The notes under the pieces: model-generated
The model's input: only the letters and a program-made list of their open reading frames with translations
Told to the model about the DNA's origin: nothing
Database searches by the model: none
Source: Chloroflexota bacterium
Lineage (GTDB): Bacteria; Chloroflexota; Dehalococcoidia; JACQUD01
DNA length: 64,000 bases
Reading direction: 5' to 3'
Assembly (NCBI GenBank): GCA_016210485.1
Contig: JACQUD010000049.1
Location: 5,066 to 69,065, forward strand
Part shown: piece after piece, positions 1 through 8,999 of the stretch
Position numbering within the stretch: position 1 is the first letter of the stretch
Layout: every line of letters starts with the position of its first letter
Translations under genes and position numbers: made by a program

Positions 1-1
1 C

Positions 2-181
2 CCTGACGCCATCCTGGAGAGCTACCGAGAGAAGTATGGCCTGAGGACTCTATCCGACCACCAACCTCCTGCCATAGATGCTGCCTCCCGTCTCCAGGCC
101 CAGGCCTTCGCCCAGGCCAGCGTAGCTGCGGTGAAGAGAGACGTCTTCCCCCTCCACAACCTGGCCGCTAGCTCCCAGTAG
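2..181 (+). CDS. 3' end of an unidentified CDS that starts upstream of the window
   Basis: Frame 2 is open from the window edge to TAG at 179-181, with GC-rich third positions like neighbouring genes. It is absent from the ORF track because no start codon is in view. No recognisable motif. Confidence 0.3.
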   Translation, partial: PDAILESYREKYGLRTLSDHQPPAIDAASRLQAQAFAQASVAAVKRDVFPLHNLAASSQ

Positions 182-363
182 ATACCTCCACCCCTGTCTC
201 TCTCGAAATCGCTCAGCAAGCGGGGTCATCCTAAGGTGATGCTTTGAAGAGGCTGAAATTACCCCTTGGGCTCATCCTAAAGTCACCCCCCTGGGAGGTC
301 TAGTAGGGTTGATTTGGAAGCCGAATGGTGAGACAATGAAAGTGGAACAAAGAGGTCAAAACT

Positions 364-1203
364 ATGATACTTTTGGGCAAACCTTTCTCAAAGCGGCTTG
401 TGCTGACGGCAGCAGCGGCACTTCTGCTAGCCTTGGGGATAGGGGGCACAGCCCTGGCCTCCAACGTAGGGTTCAAGCTCAACTCTGGTATCGTCACCGC
501 CGTCAACCGACTCCTCCTGGGCAGCGGCGTCAGCATAGGGCAGTCGGTAGATAACAGCAATCACCAGGTGCTGGAGGTGAACCTGGACCTCCAGAACCAG
601 CAGTTTAAAGACAGCGATACCCTGAAATTCAAACTGAATTTGGCGTCGCTCCCGGAGAGCGGCTTCCCTGTCCAGGGGACGGACGGTAGCTTATATTACC
701 TGAGGGAGTGTCCCAGCTCTGGCCAGCTTGAGATTCAACTGGCCGATGTAGTTGTTGGCAATGCCCCTCCCTCTTTCTGGGAAGGACTAAACTCTCCTCA
801 GTATGTGGCCTTGAGCGCGGACAGCCTGGATATACCCACCGGCGCCTATGCCCTTTCCACCAGTCTCAAGGTGGAGCTAACACCGGGCCGGGAGTATTAT
901 TCCCTTTTCTCTCACGACTTTGCGCAGGCTCAAGATTGGAGCTGCAAGAAATACCTGGCCTTCTGGTTCAAGGGGGCGAACTCTGGGGTATACCACTCGC
1001 TAGTGTTGTCGAATGGCACTGGTTATCTGAGCATGTATTTTGTGGATGACAGCGACCAGTGGAAGCTCTTGATCTTCGACCTCCAGGTTCCCTCCACACT
1101 AGACTTGACGAACGTGACCCATCTGGTGTTCGCCCAGGACGATAAGACTATCGTAGAGACTTTCCGAATGCAGGCCCTACATCTGCTGAACGAAGCCCCA
1201 TAA
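364..1203 (+). CDS. secreted hypothetical protein (signal peptide; possible beta-sandwich/CBM-like C-terminal half)
   Basis: 279-aa ORF. The N-terminus KRLVLTAAAALLLALGIGGTALA looks like a signal peptide. The gene is followed by a textbook terminator. No confident family assignment. Confidence 0.7.
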   Translation: MILLGKPFSKRLVLTAAAALLLALGIGGTALASNVGFKLNSGIVTAVNRLLLGSGVSIGQSVDNSNHQVLEVNLDLQNQQFKDSDTLKFKLNLASLPESGFPVQGTDGSLYYLRECPSSGQLEIQLADVVVGNAPPSFWEGLNSPQYVALSADSLDIPTGAYALSTSLKVELTPGREYYSLFSHDFAQAQDWSCKKYLAFWFKGANSGVYHSLVLSNGTGYLSMYFVDDSDQWKLLIFDLQVPSTLDLTNVTHLVFAQDDKTIVETFRMQALHLLNEAP

Positions 1204-1223
1204 GAACAGGTCGTTTGGAGGGT

Positions 1224-1258
1224 AAGCCCGAAGGAGATTTGCTTCTTCGGGCTTTTTT
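1224..1258 (+). terminator. rho-independent terminator
   Basis: AAGCCCGAAG (1224-1233) pairs with CTTCGGGCTT (1245-1254), followed by a T-run, 20 nt after the stop codon at 1203. Confidence 0.8.
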
Positions 1259-1313
1259 ACTTTTCCCCTCTCCTTGACTTTCTGGGGAGCTAAATCTATT
1301 CTGAAAAGAAGCT

Positions 1314-2042
1314 ATGCCAAGACGGAGGGCGGATCTTTTGCTGGTGGAGCAGGGCCTGGCCCCCACCCGAGAGAAGGCGCGTGCCATCATCATGGCCGGG
1401 CTGGCCTGGGCCGGAGAGCAGAGGGTGGATAAGCCGGGCGCTCTTCTCCCGGAGGAGGGCCTTCTTCGGGTGGAAGAGGGCCTTCCTTATGTGGGCCGGG
1501 GCGGCCAGAAGCTGGCTTATGCCCTGGAGATCCTGGGGCTGGATGTCAGGGGTCAGGTGGCACTGGATGTGGGCGCTTCCACCGGAGGCTTCACCGATTG
1601 CCTCCTCCAGAGGGGCGTCGCCCAGGTCTACGCCTTGGACGTGGGCCGGGGCCAGCTCGCCTGGAAGCTGAGGCTGGACTCCAGAGTGGTGGCCATAGAG
1701 GGGGTGAACGCCCGTTACCCCTTCCCCCTCCCGGAGCCGGTGGGCCTGGCCACCATAGACGTCTCCTTCATCGGGCTGGAGAAGGTGGTGCCCTCGGTGA
1801 CCCGGCATGTCAAGTTAGGAGGCCACGTGTTGGCATTGGTGAAGCCGCAGTTCCAGGCAGGCAGGGAGCAGGTGGAGAAGGGGGGATTGGTGCGGGACCC
1901 TCAGGTTCACGCCTCAGTCCTGGGATGGCTTATCGTCTGGGCTGTGGATAGAGGCCTTCGCCTCAGGGGCCTGGTGCCTTCCCCCATCCTGGGGGCGGAG
2001 GGCAACCGAGAGTTTTTCATTTTATGGGTGAAGGTGGATTAG
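1314..2042 (+). CDS. tlyA: TlyA-family rRNA 2'-O-methyltransferase (S4 + FtsJ domains)
   Basis: S4-like N-terminus RRADLLLVEQGLAPTREKARAIIMAG. SAM-binding DVGASTGGFTDCLL. Typical length of 242 aa. Confidence 0.85.
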   Translation: MPRRRADLLLVEQGLAPTREKARAIIMAGLAWAGEQRVDKPGALLPEEGLLRVEEGLPYVGRGGQKLAYALEILGLDVRGQVALDVGASTGGFTDCLLQRGVAQVYALDVGRGQLAWKLRLDSRVVAIEGVNARYPFPLPEPVGLATIDVSFIGLEKVVPSVTRHVKLGGHVLALVKPQFQAGREQVEKGGLVRDPQVHASVLGWLIVWAVDRGLRLRGLVPSPILGAEGNREFFILWVKVD

Positions 2043-2044
2043 CT

Positions 2045-2872
2045 ATGAAAAGGGTGGGTATACTCTATCACCCCATGCTCAGCGCCGCAGGGCCCCTGGC
2101 TCAGGAGCTGGCCGCCAGGCTGGAGGCCCTATCGGTGGCTGCATGGGTATGCTCCGCCTGGGAGGAGGAGGAGGCCCGAAACCAAGTGGCCGGGTCAGAC
2201 CTCCTGCTGAGCATTGGCGGCGATGGAACTATCCTGAGGGCGGCGCGCATCGCCGTGCCCTGGCCCGTCCCCATATTGGGGGTGAACATGGGTCGGCTGG
2301 GATTCATGACCGAGCTCAGCGCCGCAGAGGTGCGGCAGAGGCTGCCGGATATAGTATCGGGGATGGGGTGGCTGGATGAGCGGGCTATGCTGGAGGTGGA
2401 GCTATCGCCTGGCGAGGAGCATCGGAGAGTATTTCATGCCTTGAACGATGCTGTGGTGGGGCGGGGTGCCCTGGCCCGGACGGTGGAACTCCAGGTCAGG
2501 GTGGATGGGGAGACCGTGTCCAGCTACAAAGCCGATGGCATCATCCTGGCCACGGCTACGGGCAGCACCGGCTACTCCCTGGCTGCTGGCGGCCCCATCC
2601 TTTACCCCCAGTCCCGGGAGATAATGGTTCAGCCCTTGCTGGCCCACCTAGTTGCCAATACTGCCCTGGTGCTTTCTCCCTCGGCCAAGGTGGAGGTGGA
2701 GATTCGCTCCAGTTCCCAGGCCTCGCTGAGCATCGACGGGCAGATAGACCTGCCTCTTAAGGATGGCGACTTAATCCAGGCTGCTGCCAGCCTCTATCAG
2801 ACCCGCTTCCTGCGCCTCCAGCCACCGGGCTATTTCTACCGCACCCTGGCCCAGCGTCTGTCGGGCCGGTGA
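2045..2872 (+). CDS. nadK: NAD kinase
   Basis: GGDGTILRAAR and NDAVV motifs plus ATGSTGYSLAAGGPI. I chose the ATG at 2045 (MKRVGILYHP), just after the tlyA stop, rather than the upstream ORF-track start. Confidence 0.9.
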   Translation: MKRVGILYHPMLSAAGPLAQELAARLEALSVAAWVCSAWEEEEARNQVAGSDLLLSIGGDGTILRAARIAVPWPVPILGVNMGRLGFMTELSAAEVRQRLPDIVSGMGWLDERAMLEVELSPGEEHRRVFHALNDAVVGRGALARTVELQVRVDGETVSSYKADGIILATATGSTGYSLAAGGPILYPQSREIMVQPLLAHLVANTALVLSPSAKVEVEIRSSSQASLSIDGQIDLPLKDGDLIQAAASLYQTRFLRLQPPGYFYRTLAQRLSGR

Positions 2873-2891
2873 ACATGACAGGAGCGACCTT

Positions 2892-3437
2892 ATGAAAAGG
2901 AAAAGCGCGGAAAGGGGACAAAGCCGAACCTCTGGCCAAGGAAGGGATGTTCTGGAGAAAACCCTCCGGAGCCTGTGGAGTCTGGCGGAGCCCGAGCTAA
3001 AGCGCCGCCAGGACGGCCATTGGCATACCCTGGAGGTAGTGGAGAACGCCCGCAAGCTCGTGGCTCAGGAAGGCGGGGATAGAAGGGTGGCCCTGGCCGC
3101 GGCCATGCTCCATGACGTGGGCATCCCCGAGGCCCTGGCCAAATATAGCTCCGCCGATGGCCCCTACCAGCAGAAGGAGGGCGAGGCTATCGCTCGCCGC
3201 TTCCTCCTCCAGCTAGGCTGGGATGAGATAGAGAGAGAGGCCATATGCTACATCGTCGCCCACCACCACGAGCGCCCTTCAACTCCTAGCCTGGAGTTCC
3301 GGGTGGTGTGGGACGCCGATGCCCTGGTGAACGAGGATTTCTCCAATCCTGCCCGCCAGGAGGAGACCCTGGCCACCTTCTACACAGCTACAGGGAGGGA
3401 GATGGCCCGCGTAAAGTTCCAGGCAAGGACAGGGTGA
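2892..3437 (+). CDS. HD-domain metal-dependent phosphohydrolase
   Basis: H...HDVG...HHHE pattern typical of the HD superfamily; 181 aa. Confidence 0.75.
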   Translation: MKRKSAERGQSRTSGQGRDVLEKTLRSLWSLAEPELKRRQDGHWHTLEVVENARKLVAQEGGDRRVALAAAMLHDVGIPEALAKYSSADGPYQQKEGEAIARRFLLQLGWDEIEREAICYIVAHHHERPSTPSLEFRVVWDADALVNEDFSNPARQEETLATFYTATGREMARVKFQARTG

Positions 3438-3447
3438 GGAGGCTAGG

Positions 3448-3948
3448 GTGAAGGCACCGAAGGCTCAAGTGGAGAAGGCCAGGATAGACGATGTCCTCCA
3501 GATTCATCGCCTGGTCAACTACTATGCCGAGAGGGGGGAGATGCTGGCTCGCCCTTTGAGCGAGATCTATGAAAACGTGCGGGACTTCTTCATCATCCGT
3601 GATGGCGACCGGGTGGCGGCCTGTGCCGCCTTCCACATCTTGTGGGCCGACCTGGCCGAGGTCAAGTCCCTGGCAGTGGCCCATGATCTCCAAGGACAGA
3701 GGCTGGGCACTCAGCTGGTCAAAGCATGCCTTGGAGAAGCCCAAGGGCTGGGCATCGGTACTGTGTTCTGTCTCACCTATAAACCTGACTTCTTCCAGCA
3801 CCTTGGCTTTCGCCAGGTAACTTTGATGGAGCTGCCCCGTAAGGTTTGGGGCGAGTGCCTACGCTGTCCCAAGTTCCCCAACTGCGATGAGGTGGCCCTC
3901 ATCTACCAGTGGGAAGCCAAGCCTCTGAGTCAGGTGGGGATAGCATGA
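3448..3948 (+). CDS. GNAT N-acetyltransferase (short ArgA-like amino-acid N-acetyltransferase type)
   Basis: Acetyl-CoA motif VAHDLQGQRLGTQLV. C-terminal CLRCPKFPNC segment. GTG start. Confidence 0.75.
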   Translation: MKAPKAQVEKARIDDVLQIHRLVNYYAERGEMLARPLSEIYENVRDFFIIRDGDRVAACAAFHILWADLAEVKSLAVAHDLQGQRLGTQLVKACLGEAQGLGIGTVFCLTYKPDFFQHLGFRQVTLMELPRKVWGECLRCPKFPNCDEVALIYQWEAKPLSQVGIA

Positions 3949-4517
3949 AAGAGAGGGGTGAGGAGCGCACCCTGGAGAGCCGCCGCATCTATCAGGGGCA
4001 GGTGGTGAGCCTGCGGGTGGATACCGTCTCTCTCCCTGGGGGCCGAGTTATCCGGCGGGAGATTGTGGAGCACCGGTCCGCCGTGGCCATCGTGCCCCTG
4101 GATGGCGCGGGGAACATTCTCATGGTGCGACAGTTCCGCAGGGCGGCGGGGGTCATCCTCCTGGAAGTGCCGGCGGGGCTGGTGGAAGAGGGGGAGACCA
4201 TTGAGGATGGCGCTCATCGGGAGCTGGCGGAGGAGACGGGATACCGGGCGGGCCGGCTGGAGAAGCTGGCTGGCTTTTACTCTGCCCCAGGCTTCTGCAC
4301 CGAGTTTCTGAACGTGTTCCTGGCCACGGAGCTCACACCCGGCACGCCCCACACCGAGGCCGACGAGGATATCGAGGCAGTTTGGATGCCTCTTCCCAGG
4401 ATTCGGGAGCTCATAGCCTCGGGAGAGGTGCGGGATGCCAAGAGCGTGGCCGGGCTCATGCTGGCCCTGGACCGGCTTGAGCATCCTCTCTTGTGGCCTT
4501 CGATGTCAGCTAAGTAG
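3945..4517 (+). CDS. NUDIX hydrolase (ADP-ribose pyrophosphatase-like)
   Basis: Nudix box GLVEEGETIEDGAHRELAEETG. The ATG at 3945 overlaps the upstream stop (ATGA). Confidence 0.85.
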   Translation: MKERGEERTLESRRIYQGQVVSLRVDTVSLPGGRVIRREIVEHRSAVAIVPLDGAGNILMVRQFRRAAGVILLEVPAGLVEEGETIEDGAHRELAEETGYRAGRLEKLAGFYSAPGFCTEFLNVFLATELTPGTPHTEADEDIEAVWMPLPRIRELIASGEVRDAKSVAGLMLALDRLEHPLLWPSMSAK

Positions 4518-4537
4518 ATAAAGCCTAGGGAGTCCTC

Positions 4538-6682
4538 TTGTCTCAGCTCTCCGGGAATTTGACCGCCCGCATGACCTTCGCCGTCTATGGCACGGCCAAG
4601 GAGTTCCAAGGCCATGCCGGCCGAGTTTATTCCTTTTTGAAAAGCCTGGGGTGTAAGGTTTACGCCGTATCCAGGGATGGGGCCGAGATGTCCGGTGACA
4701 GGTGCTACCCCAGCCTGGCATCGCTGCCCATAGCCGTGGATGTGGTCATCGTGGCCACGGGCCGTAAACTGGCGGCCGAGGTGGTGGCCGAGGCGGTGAA
4801 GGAAGGGGTGGCACGGGTCTGGTTCCAAAACTTCAACGCCTCTAAGGAAGCCCTGGAGATATCCCGCCGATACAATCTAGATGTCACCAGGGGCTGCGCC
4901 CTGCGCCACATGGCCTTCCGGGGCTGGAGGAGATTATTCTCGCCCTGCTACTGGCACGGCCTGAGGGCTTTGAAACCCCAGCCCTCTGGGGCTACCCCCA
5001 GGTATTTTCTGCTTCCCGCTCTGGCTATCATCGCCTTCACCACGGTTTATCCCGTCTTTATGGTGATATATGGGAGCTTCAAAGGGGGGCCACCGGGGGA
5101 ACCGGCCCCCTTCAGCCTGGACGGCTACGTCAGGGCCTGGACAGATTGGTGGACGATTAAGACCTTCCTACTTACCTTCGCCCTGGCGGTGCCCCGCGTT
5201 CTCTTTGGCCTTATCTTGGCTATTCTTCTGGCCTGGATCGTCACTCGCACCAATACCCCTCTGCGGGGCCTGATGAGGCATGTCATCTGGTTCGCCTATT
5301 TCCTGCCCGTGCTCCCCATAACCATGTCCTGGATGGTCCTGGCTGGTGGGAAAAGGGGATGGCTGAACCAGGTGTTGATGTCAGCCTTCGATCTCTCCAG
5401 CCCGCCCCTGGATATTCGGTCCTACTGGGGGATAATATTCATCTCTTCCATATATGTGGCCAGCCTCATTTTCCTGCTTATTGCCCCGGCTTTTCAGAAT
5501 ATGGAGGCCAGCTCCGAGGAGTCCTCATGGGTTCTCGGAGCCAGCAAGCTGACCACATTGCGACGCATCACTGTTCCACTGCTCACCCCGGCTATCCTGG
5601 GAGCGACCTTGTTAGCCTTTCTCTTCGTGCTGGCCTCTTTCGAGATGGAGCTGCTCCTGGGATCCATCAAAGGCATCTATGTCCTCACCACGTTTATCTG
5701 GGTTCATATAAATGCCGTGCCCACGGACTACCCGGCTGCCATGGCCATGTCCACAGTTTTCATGCTGGTCACCTGGGCCATTGTTCTCCTGCAGCTTCGC
5801 GTATGGCGTGGCCGCACCTTTGTAACCGTTACTGGTAAGGGGACAACGCGCCCTGTTGACCTGGGGCGCTGGAAGTGGGCCTCCTTCGGCTTCGTGATGA
5901 CATACTTCGCCATCGGCATCCTTTTGCCCCTGACCATTTTGATCATAGGCAGCTTCCAGACCTTCTGGGGTTCTTTCGACTTCCCCTGGACCCTTGGGCG
6001 GTGGAAGAATATCCCCACCAGTCCCGCGGTCCTCAGAAGCCTTAAGAATACTCTCATCCTGTCGACCACGGTGGCTACAGTCGGTACCGTTGTCTATTTC
6101 CTGATGAGCTATGCTGCCGTCAGGTCCAGGCTCAGGGGCAGGCAGGCCATCGAGTTGTTGAGCTGGCTGCCGGCGGCGGCCCCGGGGATAGTCCTGACTA
6201 TCGGCATGCTCTGGACTCTCTATGTGGGCATCCCTGGCGTTGTCAAACTCCTCTACGGAACCCTGGCTTTGATGTCTATAGCTGTACTTATAGAGAGCAT
6301 CCCCATCGGGGTGAGGGTGATGAACGGCGGCATGGCCCAGATCAGTTCCGAGCTGGAGGAGTCCTCTCGAGTGTCCGGGGCCTCCTGGTTCCGCACTATT
6401 AGGGATGTGGTCATCCCTTTGCTTGCCCCTACTCTGCTCTCTGCCTGGGTGCTCAGCTTCCTATGGGCGGCTCGCGCCGTGCTCATCATCATGTTTCTCT
6501 ATGTCCCTTCTTCCACAGTGCTCTCCTTGTTAATGTTCGGAAGTGGAGGGGTCTCGGCGTCGGGGTCCGCCGCTGTGCTGGGAGTGATCCTGGCGGGTGT
6601 GATGTCGATTGTGGCCATCCTGGCCCAGGTGGCAGTTTCCAGGATGAGGAGAGGAACGGGAGATGTGGGGTTGCTGGGATAG
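4538..6682 (+). CDS. fusion of a CoA-binding (YccU/CoA_binding_2-like) domain with a double-domain ABC transporter permease
   Basis: A single 714-aa frame without a stop. The first ~125 aa (FAVYGTAKE...VDVVIVATG...VWFQN...TRGCALRHM) resemble small CoA-binding proteins. The rest has ~12 TM segments and two EAA loops (EESSWVLGASKLTTLRRITVPLL and EESSRVSGASWFRTIRDVVIPLL). Confidence 0.7.
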   Translation: MSQLSGNLTARMTFAVYGTAKEFQGHAGRVYSFLKSLGCKVYAVSRDGAEMSGDRCYPSLASLPIAVDVVIVATGRKLAAEVVAEAVKEGVARVWFQNFNASKEALEISRRYNLDVTRGCALRHMAFRGWRRLFSPCYWHGLRALKPQPSGATPRYFLLPALAIIAFTTVYPVFMVIYGSFKGGPPGEPAPFSLDGYVRAWTDWWTIKTFLLTFALAVPRVLFGLILAILLAWIVTRTNTPLRGLMRHVIWFAYFLPVLPITMSWMVLAGGKRGWLNQVLMSAFDLSSPPLDIRSYWGIIFISSIYVASLIFLLIAPAFQNMEASSEESSWVLGASKLTTLRRITVPLLTPAILGATLLAFLFVLASFEMELLLGSIKGIYVLTTFIWVHINAVPTDYPAAMAMSTVFMLVTWAIVLLQLRVWRGRTFVTVTGKGTTRPVDLGRWKWASFGFVMTYFAIGILLPLTILIIGSFQTFWGSFDFPWTLGRWKNIPTSPAVLRSLKNTLILSTTVATVGTVVYFLMSYAAVRSRLRGRQAIELLSWLPAAAPGIVLTIGMLWTLYVGIPGVVKLLYGTLALMSIAVLIESIPIGVRVMNGGMAQISSELEESSRVSGASWFRTIRDVVIPLLAPTLLSAWVLSFLWAARAVLIIMFLYVPSSTVLSLLMFGSGGVSASGSAAVLGVILAGVMSIVAILAQVAVSRMRRGTGDVGLLG

Positions 6683-6714
6683 GGTTAGGCCGTGTCCAGC
6701 TAGGTCAGGCCCTT

Positions 6715-7137
6715 CTATGACTGGTATTTGGCCACCGAGAACGCCAGTATCATGGGGATGTCGACAGCGCCTATGGCCAGCGTGGCGATCTGAAACGCCA
6801 GCATTCGGGCGGGCATGTCATTGTAGATGAACACGAACATCAACAGCCCGGCGATGAGCCCGTAGGCCAGGATGGTCCAGCGAAAGACGATAAAGAAGAG
6901 GCGCCAGGCGAAGTTGCGGGCGCGGGCTAGAGCCACGGCATTGGCTATCACAGCTGCTGCGGCAGCGGCCAGCAGGCCGATGGCGGGGGCAAGGGGTGGC
7001 TCCTTGGGCAGCGAAGCGGTAATATAGGTCACCCCGGCGATGGCGAGGCCGAGGGCTAACGTGCCGACAAAAGCCACAGGCGGCAGCCTCTGTTCTTGAG
7101 CGCTAGCACTTGCTGTCGGGCGCGCGTCCTGGCTCAT
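6715..7137 (-). CDS. hypothetical integral membrane protein
   Basis: 140-aa ORF with ~4 hydrophobic segments. Its start overlaps the upstream stop by 4 nt, suggesting an operon. Confidence 0.55.
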   Translation of the reverse strand: MSQDARPTASASAQEQRLPPVAFVGTLALGLAIAGVTYITASLPKEPPLAPAIGLLAAAAAAVIANAVALARARNFAWRLFFIVFRWTILAYGLIAGLLMFVFIYNDMPARMLAFQIATLAIGAVDIPMILAFSVAKYQS

Positions 7138-7748
7138 GATGCCACTCTCGCCATGATAATCAGTATCGATAGTTGCATGATACCGAGGATGCCAGCGGTA
7201 TAAATAAACCGCCGCATTAGCTGCCCAACCAGTTCCAAGTTCGGCTCTGGCTTTCGCAGTTCAAAGAGCACCGCCAGGTTCGCGGGCTCGTTTATTCCCA
7301 GGGCTATCAAAGCCATTACACCTACGACAGCGAAGGACGCCAAAATCCATGCGTGATAGGGATGAATAGAGTAAAGCACGCCTACCTGGAGGCCTAGCTG
7401 GAACCCTGCTACCAGCGTGACAACAACCACTGTCGGCATGATAACGGACATCTTGGGCATGAGCCGGGTGATGAGCTCAAGCCTGGCGCGAATCGGCATG
7501 CGCCCCAGAATCGGGCCAATCACCAGCCCCAGGAACAGGTCGATGATGGTCCAGGCGGCCCCAAAGGCCACGTGGGCGAACGTGAGGGCCCAGCGCCAGC
7601 CACCGATGACGGAGACCAGGAGGTAGATGAGCGCCAGCGCTACGAACGGCAGGGTTGCTACAGATACGATAGTACGGGGCGGTCGCGGGATTTCCCCGGC
7701 AACAAGGCCAGACGGGACAGCAGCGGCTCCCACTGTAGCATCAGCCAT
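7134..7748 (-). CDS. hypothetical integral membrane protein
   Basis: 204-aa ORF with ~6 hydrophobic segments. No recognisable family. Confidence 0.6.
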   Translation of the reverse strand: MADATVGAAAVPSGLVAGEIPRPPRTIVSVATLPFVALALIYLLVSVIGGWRWALTFAHVAFGAAWTIIDLFLGLVIGPILGRMPIRARLELITRLMPKMSVIMPTVVVVTLVAGFQLGLQVGVLYSIHPYHAWILASFAVVGVMALIALGINEPANLAVLFELRKPEPNLELVGQLMRRFIYTAGILGIMQLSILIIMARVAS

Positions 7749-7824
7749 TACAAACTCTCCTGTGTGATACCCACATATAGGTGTCTCCCCTCTCGACTGA
7801 TCTCATATCATCACTAATGCCGCT

Positions 7825-7853
7825 ACTATATAGTCTGCCCGCACCCTTGTCAA
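7825..7853 (-). promoter_or_regulatory. candidate sigma70-type promoter for the 7748<-6715 membrane-protein operon
   Basis: Read on the minus strand: TTGACA (7853-7848), 17 nt spacer, TATAGT (7830-7825), about 75 nt upstream of the ATG at 7748. Confidence 0.4.
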
Positions 7854-7887
7854 GGCATACTCCTGAAAACTTTGTGAATTCGCCTAT

Positions 7888-7970
7888 CCCTCGACAGGCT
7901 CAGGATGAGCGGTCTGAGGCATCTGCTCGAGGTGAGCCCTTCAGTAAGCTCAGGACAGGCTTTGTCGAAC
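7888..7970 (+). repeat. two units of a dispersed short repeat (CCCTTCGAC-N-GCTCAGGACAGG family)
   Basis: CCCTCGACAGGCTCAGGATGAGC at 7888-7910 and CCCTTCAGTAAGCTCAGGACAGGC at 7937-7960. The same core occurs at 18183-18222 and, inverted, at 30890-30912. Confidence 0.65.
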
Positions 7971-8009
7971 CATGAGGAGCATCAAGTCGAGCGGATTTCG
8001 TAACAAATT

Positions 8010-8999
8010 TCAAGGACAAGACATGATGATAGGTTGTTGCCTCTCGTATTCCTCAAGCCTTTGTTGAGCCACTTCGCAGTATCTCTCCGAGATATCTATT
8101 CCGAGATAGCTCCTACCCAGCTTCCGAGCCACCAGGGTGGTCGTCCCCACCCCGTTGAACGGGTCCAGCATCAGATCCCCTTTATAGCTAAATAGCCTTA
8201 TCAGGCGGTAGGGTATCTCCTCAGGGAACATGGAGGGATGGCCGAAGTCCTTCATCCGAGATTCGGGGGCTATCTCCCACTTACCGTAGACCCATTTTTT
8301 GAACTCGTCGGCGATGATGTCAGCGTTGGCTCGGTTCCCCGCCTTCTTCTGGCTGCCTTTGCAGAAGACTTCGATGAACTCCCAGGTATACTTCAAGTAT
8401 GGCATCGAGGGGCTCTTCCAGCTTCCCCAAGCGGTGTATTTGGCGTTCCAGTTGTGCTTCTCCCAGAGTATCTCCGCCTTGAACAGGAGACCCAGGTCCC
8501 TGAGTTGCTGGCTGATCCTGTGATGGGTGGGCATGTAATCAGAGTACATCGGTTGTACGACCACACATATGCGTCCGCCGGATTTCAGCACCCGAGCGCA
8601 CTCGGCCCAAACGCGACCAAGTTGGCTGAAGTAGTCGTCCCAGCTCTTGGTGTCCCGGTGGGCATCATACTGGTCCAGGCCGAAGTTGTAGGGGGGCGAG
8701 GTGACAATCAAGTCCACAAAGTCGGATGGCATCTGGGATATTATGTCAAGACAATCTCCGTGGTAGATGCGGTTGACGGGGAAGTCTCTGGCCTCTTCAG
8801 CCTCCGCCGCCTTCTCCAATGCCAGGGGCTCGCCAGGCGAGAGGCGGTGCCTCTTCTTGCCCCCCTTATCGCTCACCTTGACGCCACGCAGCTTCTCGCC
8901 ACATCGCTGACAGTTGGTGAGGTGCGCTGGATTTCTGTTACCGCAGCGCAGGCAACTACGGTAACTCTCTTCTCTTGGGGCCTGGCTTTGCCCGGGCAT
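8010..8999 (-). CDS. beta-class DNA methyltransferase (SPPY type, probably N4-cytosine or N6-adenine) with an N-terminal zinc ribbon
   Basis: Motif IV DLIVTSPPYNFG precedes motif I LDPFNGVGTT, which is the beta-class order. The N-terminus carries CLRCGNRNPAHLTNCQRCGEKL (4 Cys). No endonuclease gene is adjacent. Confidence 0.85.
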   Translation of the reverse strand: MPGQSQAPREESYRSCLRCGNRNPAHLTNCQRCGEKLRGVKVSDKGGKKRHRLSPGEPLALEKAAEAEEARDFPVNRIYHGDCLDIISQMPSDFVDLIVTSPPYNFGLDQYDAHRDTKSWDDYFSQLGRVWAECARVLKSGGRICVVVQPMYSDYMPTHHRISQQLRDLGLLFKAEILWEKHNWNAKYTAWGSWKSPSMPYLKYTWEFIEVFCKGSQKKAGNRANADIIADEFKKWVYGKWEIAPESRMKDFGHPSMFPEEIPYRLIRLFSYKGDLMLDPFNGVGTTTLVARKLGRSYLGIDISERYCEVAQQRLEEYERQQPIIMSCP

